From: Pseudomonadota bacterium
GTDB lineage: Bacteria; Pseudomonadota; Gammaproteobacteria; Burkholderiales; Burkholderiaceae_C
NCBI GenBank assembly: GCA_021808525.1
Contig: JAKBBK010000010.1
Location: 1,317-65,316 of the forward strand
DNA length: 64,000 nucleotides
Direction of reading: 5' to 3'
A program made the position numbers and the translations under genes. Position 1 is the stretch's first letter. The number at the start of each line of letters is the position of its first letter. The notes beneath the pieces were generated by a model, which saw only the letters and a list, made by a program, of their open reading frames with translations, searched no databases and was not told the origin of the DNA. This document shows, one piece after another, positions 61,097-64,000 of this stretch.

Positions 61097-62193
61097 CAGG
61101 TCAGTGCGGTGTTCACCTCGCGCCGCTGCCGCTCCAGGTACGCCGGAGTCTGCATCTCCAGCAGGCGCGAGACGGTACGTTCGAATTCGTAGGCCAGAGT
61201 TCCCGCAGCATACAGCGCGCCCGGCTCGACCTCGGCCGACATCACCAGCTTGACCCCCCGGTCGTACAACACGTCCACCAGCAGGGTGAAGCGCCGCGCG
61301 GCGGTGGCCATCTCCGGTCCCATGCGCGGCACCCCGCTGAGCAGCAGGGTATGGAAGCGCACGCTGAGTTCCAGGTAATCGTTCTGCGAGCGCGGGGTGT
61401 TGCACAGGGTCTGGAAATCGAACCAGGCCACGCCGCCCGAGCGGCGCAGCGCGGGCAGGCTGCGCTGCTCCACCACCAGCACGGGGTTCTCGTCGCCGCC
61501 CTCGGCCAGGCGTTCGTAGCTGGCCCGCATGGCCGCGTCGGCCGCCTCGCCCAGCGGATGGTGGTAGACCGTCATGCCGCGCAGCGCCTGCTGCCGGTAG
61601 TCGATGCCCGCGTCCACCCGCAGCACGTCCAGGTGTGCCTTCAGGCGCTCGATGGCCGGCAGGATGCGATCACGGTGCAAGCCGTCGGGGTACAGGCCGT
61701 CGGGATGGAAATTGCTGGTGGCCATCAGCACCACGCCATCCTCGAACAGGCCCTGCAGCAGGCGGTCGAGGATCATGGCGTCGGTCACGTCGCTGATGTG
61801 GAACTCGTCGAAGCAGATCAGGCGAAAGCGCCGCGCGATGCGCCGGGACAGTTCCTGCAGGGGATTGGCGGTGCCCTGCAGCCCGGCCAGCTCGCGCTGC
61901 ACCTCGCGCATGAACTCATGGAAGTGCAGCCGCGTCTTGCGCACCACCGGGACGGTGGCGTAGAAGGCGTCCATGAGAAAGCTCTTGCCGCGGCCGACGC
62001 CACCCCACAGGTACACGCCGCGGGGCAGCTCGGGATGCACGAGCAGGCGCCGCACGGCGCTGGAGCGCCGCGACTTGTAGGCGGTCCACTCGTCGTAGGC
62101 CTGCTGCAGCCGCTCGATCGCGGCGCGCTGCGCCGCGTCGGCCACGAAGCCGCGCTCGCCCAGGTACGCCAGGGCGTGATCGGTGACGTTCAT
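61096..62193 (-). CDS. zapE: Cell division ATPase ZapE (AFG1 family)
   Basis: YLWGGVGRGKSFLMD, RLHFHEFM, CFDEFH, TSNFHPD, RRFTLLVD, FERTVSRL. Confidence 0.93.
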   Translation of the reverse strand: MNVTDHALAYLGERGFVADAAQRAAIERLQQAYDEWTAYKSRRSSAVRRLLVHPELPRGVYLWGGVGRGKSFLMDAFYATVPVVRKTRLHFHEFMREVQRELAGLQGTANPLQELSRRIARRFRLICFDEFHISDVTDAMILDRLLQGLFEDGVVLMATSNFHPDGLYPDGLHRDRILPAIERLKAHLDVLRVDAGIDYRQQALRGMTVYHHPLGEAADAAMRASYERLAEGGDENPVLVVEQRSLPALRRSGGVAWFDFQTLCNTPRSQNDYLELSVRFHTLLLSGVPRMGPEMATAARRFTLLVDVLYDRGVKLVMSAEVEPGALYAAGTLAYEFERTVSRLLEMQTPAYLERQRREVNTALT

Positions 62194-62257
62194 CGGATGG
62201 AGGCGCGCGCCTGGCCCGCCCGCGCGCCGGGCAGGCGCGCGGGTGGCGGCCTCGGGC

Positions 62258-63685
62258 TCAGAAGTTCAGCGCCCGGGAGTCGGTGGCCAGCGCGGCTTCC
62301 TTCATCGCCTCCGACAGGGTCGGGTGGGCGTGGCAGATGCGCGCGATGTCCTCGGCACTGGCCTTGAACTCCATGGCCACGGCGGCCTCGGCGATCAGCT
62401 CGGAGGCCATGGGGCCGATCACGTGCACGCCCAGGATCTCGTCCGTGGTCGCGTCGCTGAGCATTTTCACGAAACCGGTGGTGTCGCCCAGCGCGCGCGC
62501 GCGCCCATTGGCCATGAAGGGGAAGCTGCCGGCCTTGTAGGCGCGCCCCGCCGCCTTCAGCGCCTGCTCGGTCTGACCCACCCAGGCGATCTCCGGGCTG
62601 GTATAGATCACCCACGGGACGGTGTTGAAGTCCACGTGCGGCTTCTGTCCGGCCAGGCGCTCGGCCACCGCCACCCCCTCCTCCTCGGCCTTGTGCGCCA
62701 GCATGGGGCCGCGCACCACGTCGCCGATGGCCCAGATGCCGGGCACCTCGGTGCGGCAGTCGGCGTCGACCACGACGAAGCCGCGCTCGTCGGTGTTCAG
62801 GCCCACCTTGTCGAGCTGCAGGCCCTCGGTGTGGGGCAGGCGGCCGATGGACACCATCAGCGCATCCACCTCCAGCGCCTGCTCGGCGCCCTTGGCGTCC
62901 GTGTAGCGCAGCTTCACGGGGCCGCTCCTGGCGGCGGGCTTGACCTCGGCGATCTTCACGCCGAGCTGGATGTCCAGGCCCTGGCGGGTGAACTGCTTCA
63001 TTGCTTCCTTGGCCACCTGGGCGTCGGCCGCGCCGAGGAAATCGGGCAGGGCCTCCAGCACCGTGACCTGGGCGCCCAGGCGACGCCACACCGAGCCCAT
63101 CTCCAGCCCGATGACCCCGGCGCCGATAATGCCCATGCGCGCGGGCACCTTCTGCAGCGCCAGCGCCCCGGTGTTCGACAGCACGCGCTTCTCGTCGAAC
63201 TCCACCCCCGGCAGCGCCCGCGGACGGGAGCCGGTGGCGATGATCACGTGGCGCGAGCGCAACGTGGCCTTGTCGGCGCCCGAGACCTCGATCTCGAAGC
63301 CGCCGTCCACCTTCGCGGCGAAGGCGGCCTGCCCATGCAGGAACCTGACCTTGTTCTTCTTGAACAGGTACAGGATGCCGTCGTTGTTCTGGCGCACCAC
63401 CTGCTGCTTGCGCGCCAGCATGCGCGCCAGGTCGAGCTTGACCGAGCCCACCTCGATGCCGTGCTCGGCCATGCCGTGCGCGACATGCTCGTAGTGCTCG
63501 GAGGACTGCAGCATCGCCTTCGAGGGGATGCAGCCCACGTTGGTGCAGGTGCCGCCCGGCGCGGGGCCGCCGTCGTCGCGGCTCCATGCGTCGATGCAGG
63601 CCACCGACAGGCCCAGCTGGGCGGCGCGGATGGCGGCGATGTAGCCCCCGGGGCCGGCGCCGATGACGATCAGGTCGTGGTCCAT
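62258..63685 (-). CDS. lpdA: Dihydrolipoyl dehydrogenase (E3)
   Basis: VIGAGPGGY, GGTCTNVGCIPSK redox disulfide, GAGVIGLE, HAHPTLSE. Confidence 0.97.
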   Translation of the reverse strand: MDHDLIVIGAGPGGYIAAIRAAQLGLSVACIDAWSRDDGGPAPGGTCTNVGCIPSKAMLQSSEHYEHVAHGMAEHGIEVGSVKLDLARMLARKQQVVRQNNDGILYLFKKNKVRFLHGQAAFAAKVDGGFEIEVSGADKATLRSRHVIIATGSRPRALPGVEFDEKRVLSNTGALALQKVPARMGIIGAGVIGLEMGSVWRRLGAQVTVLEALPDFLGAADAQVAKEAMKQFTRQGLDIQLGVKIAEVKPAARSGPVKLRYTDAKGAEQALEVDALMVSIGRLPHTEGLQLDKVGLNTDERGFVVVDADCRTEVPGIWAIGDVVRGPMLAHKAEEEGVAVAERLAGQKPHVDFNTVPWVIYTSPEIAWVGQTEQALKAAGRAYKAGSFPFMANGRARALGDTTGFVKMLSDATTDEILGVHVIGPMASELIAEAAVAMEFKASAEDIARICHAHPTLSEAMKEAALATDSRALNF

Positions 63686-63693
63686 CGCGGGCC

Positions 63694-64000
63694 TCACAGG
63701 TTGAGCAGCAGGCGCGCGGGATCTTCCAGCGCCTCCTTCATGGCCACCAGGCCCAGCACGGCCTCGCGTCCATCGATGATGCGGTGGTCGTAGCTCATGG
63801 CCAGGTAGTTGATCGGGCGGATCACCACCTGCCCGTTCTCCACCACGGGTCGGTCCTTGGTCGCGTGCACGCCCAGGATCGCAGCCTGCGGCGGGTTGAT
63901 GATCGGGGTCGAGAGCATCGAGCCGAACACGCCGCCGTTGCTGATGGAGAAGGTGCCACCGGTCAGGTCCTCGATGGCCAGCTTGCCGTCGCGCGCCTTC
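63694..64000 (-). CDS. sucB: 2-oxoglutarate dehydrogenase E2, C-terminal part (runs off window edge)
   Basis: [30 protein letters not shown]...[13 protein letters not shown]. Confidence 0.93.
   Translation of the reverse strand, partial: KARDGKLAIEDLTGGTFSISNGGVFGSMLSTPIINPPQAAILGVHATKDRPVVENGQVVIRPINYLAMSYDHRIIDGREAVLGLVAMKEALEDPARLLLNL

Overview
A very GC-rich betaproteobacterial chromosomal segment. The gene content and order are typical of Burkholderiales; a Thiomonas-like organism is an inference only. Left to right it contains: (1) a urea ABC importer (urtABC plus partial urtD) divergent from urease genes ureABC-ureEFG, with ureD inverted and placed behind a DUF4197-like gene; (2) an organic-acid/acyl-CoA block (two divergent CoA ligases, a family III CoA-transferase, an MFS transporter, tcuAB); (3) tandem HD-GYP and EAL phosphodiesterases and fumC; (4) a ~2.5 kb decayed integrative element at the 3' end of tRNA-Arg(CCG), with an intact DUF1778/GNAT toxin-antitoxin pair, a Phd antitoxin with a truncated VapC, and remnants of a relaxase and a serine recombinase; (5) mostly housekeeping genes (cyt c5, purU, an IDH-family enzyme, glnS, yebC, purD, mctP-like symporter, hrpA, argA, yggX, fadL-like, satP, tauE-like, rimO, phaCABR, pgeF, rluD, bamD, yoaA/dinG, PP2C, zapE, lpdA, sucB). 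The most notable signal is three sigma54-type promoters plus NtrC-like enhancer sites. They tie the urt operon, the ure operon and the DUF4197-ureD pair into one probable nitrogen regulon, which implicates an uncharacterised exported protein in urea use. No CRISPR array, rRNA, or intact IS/prophage was seen. All family assignments come from motif recognition by eye; no database search was run.
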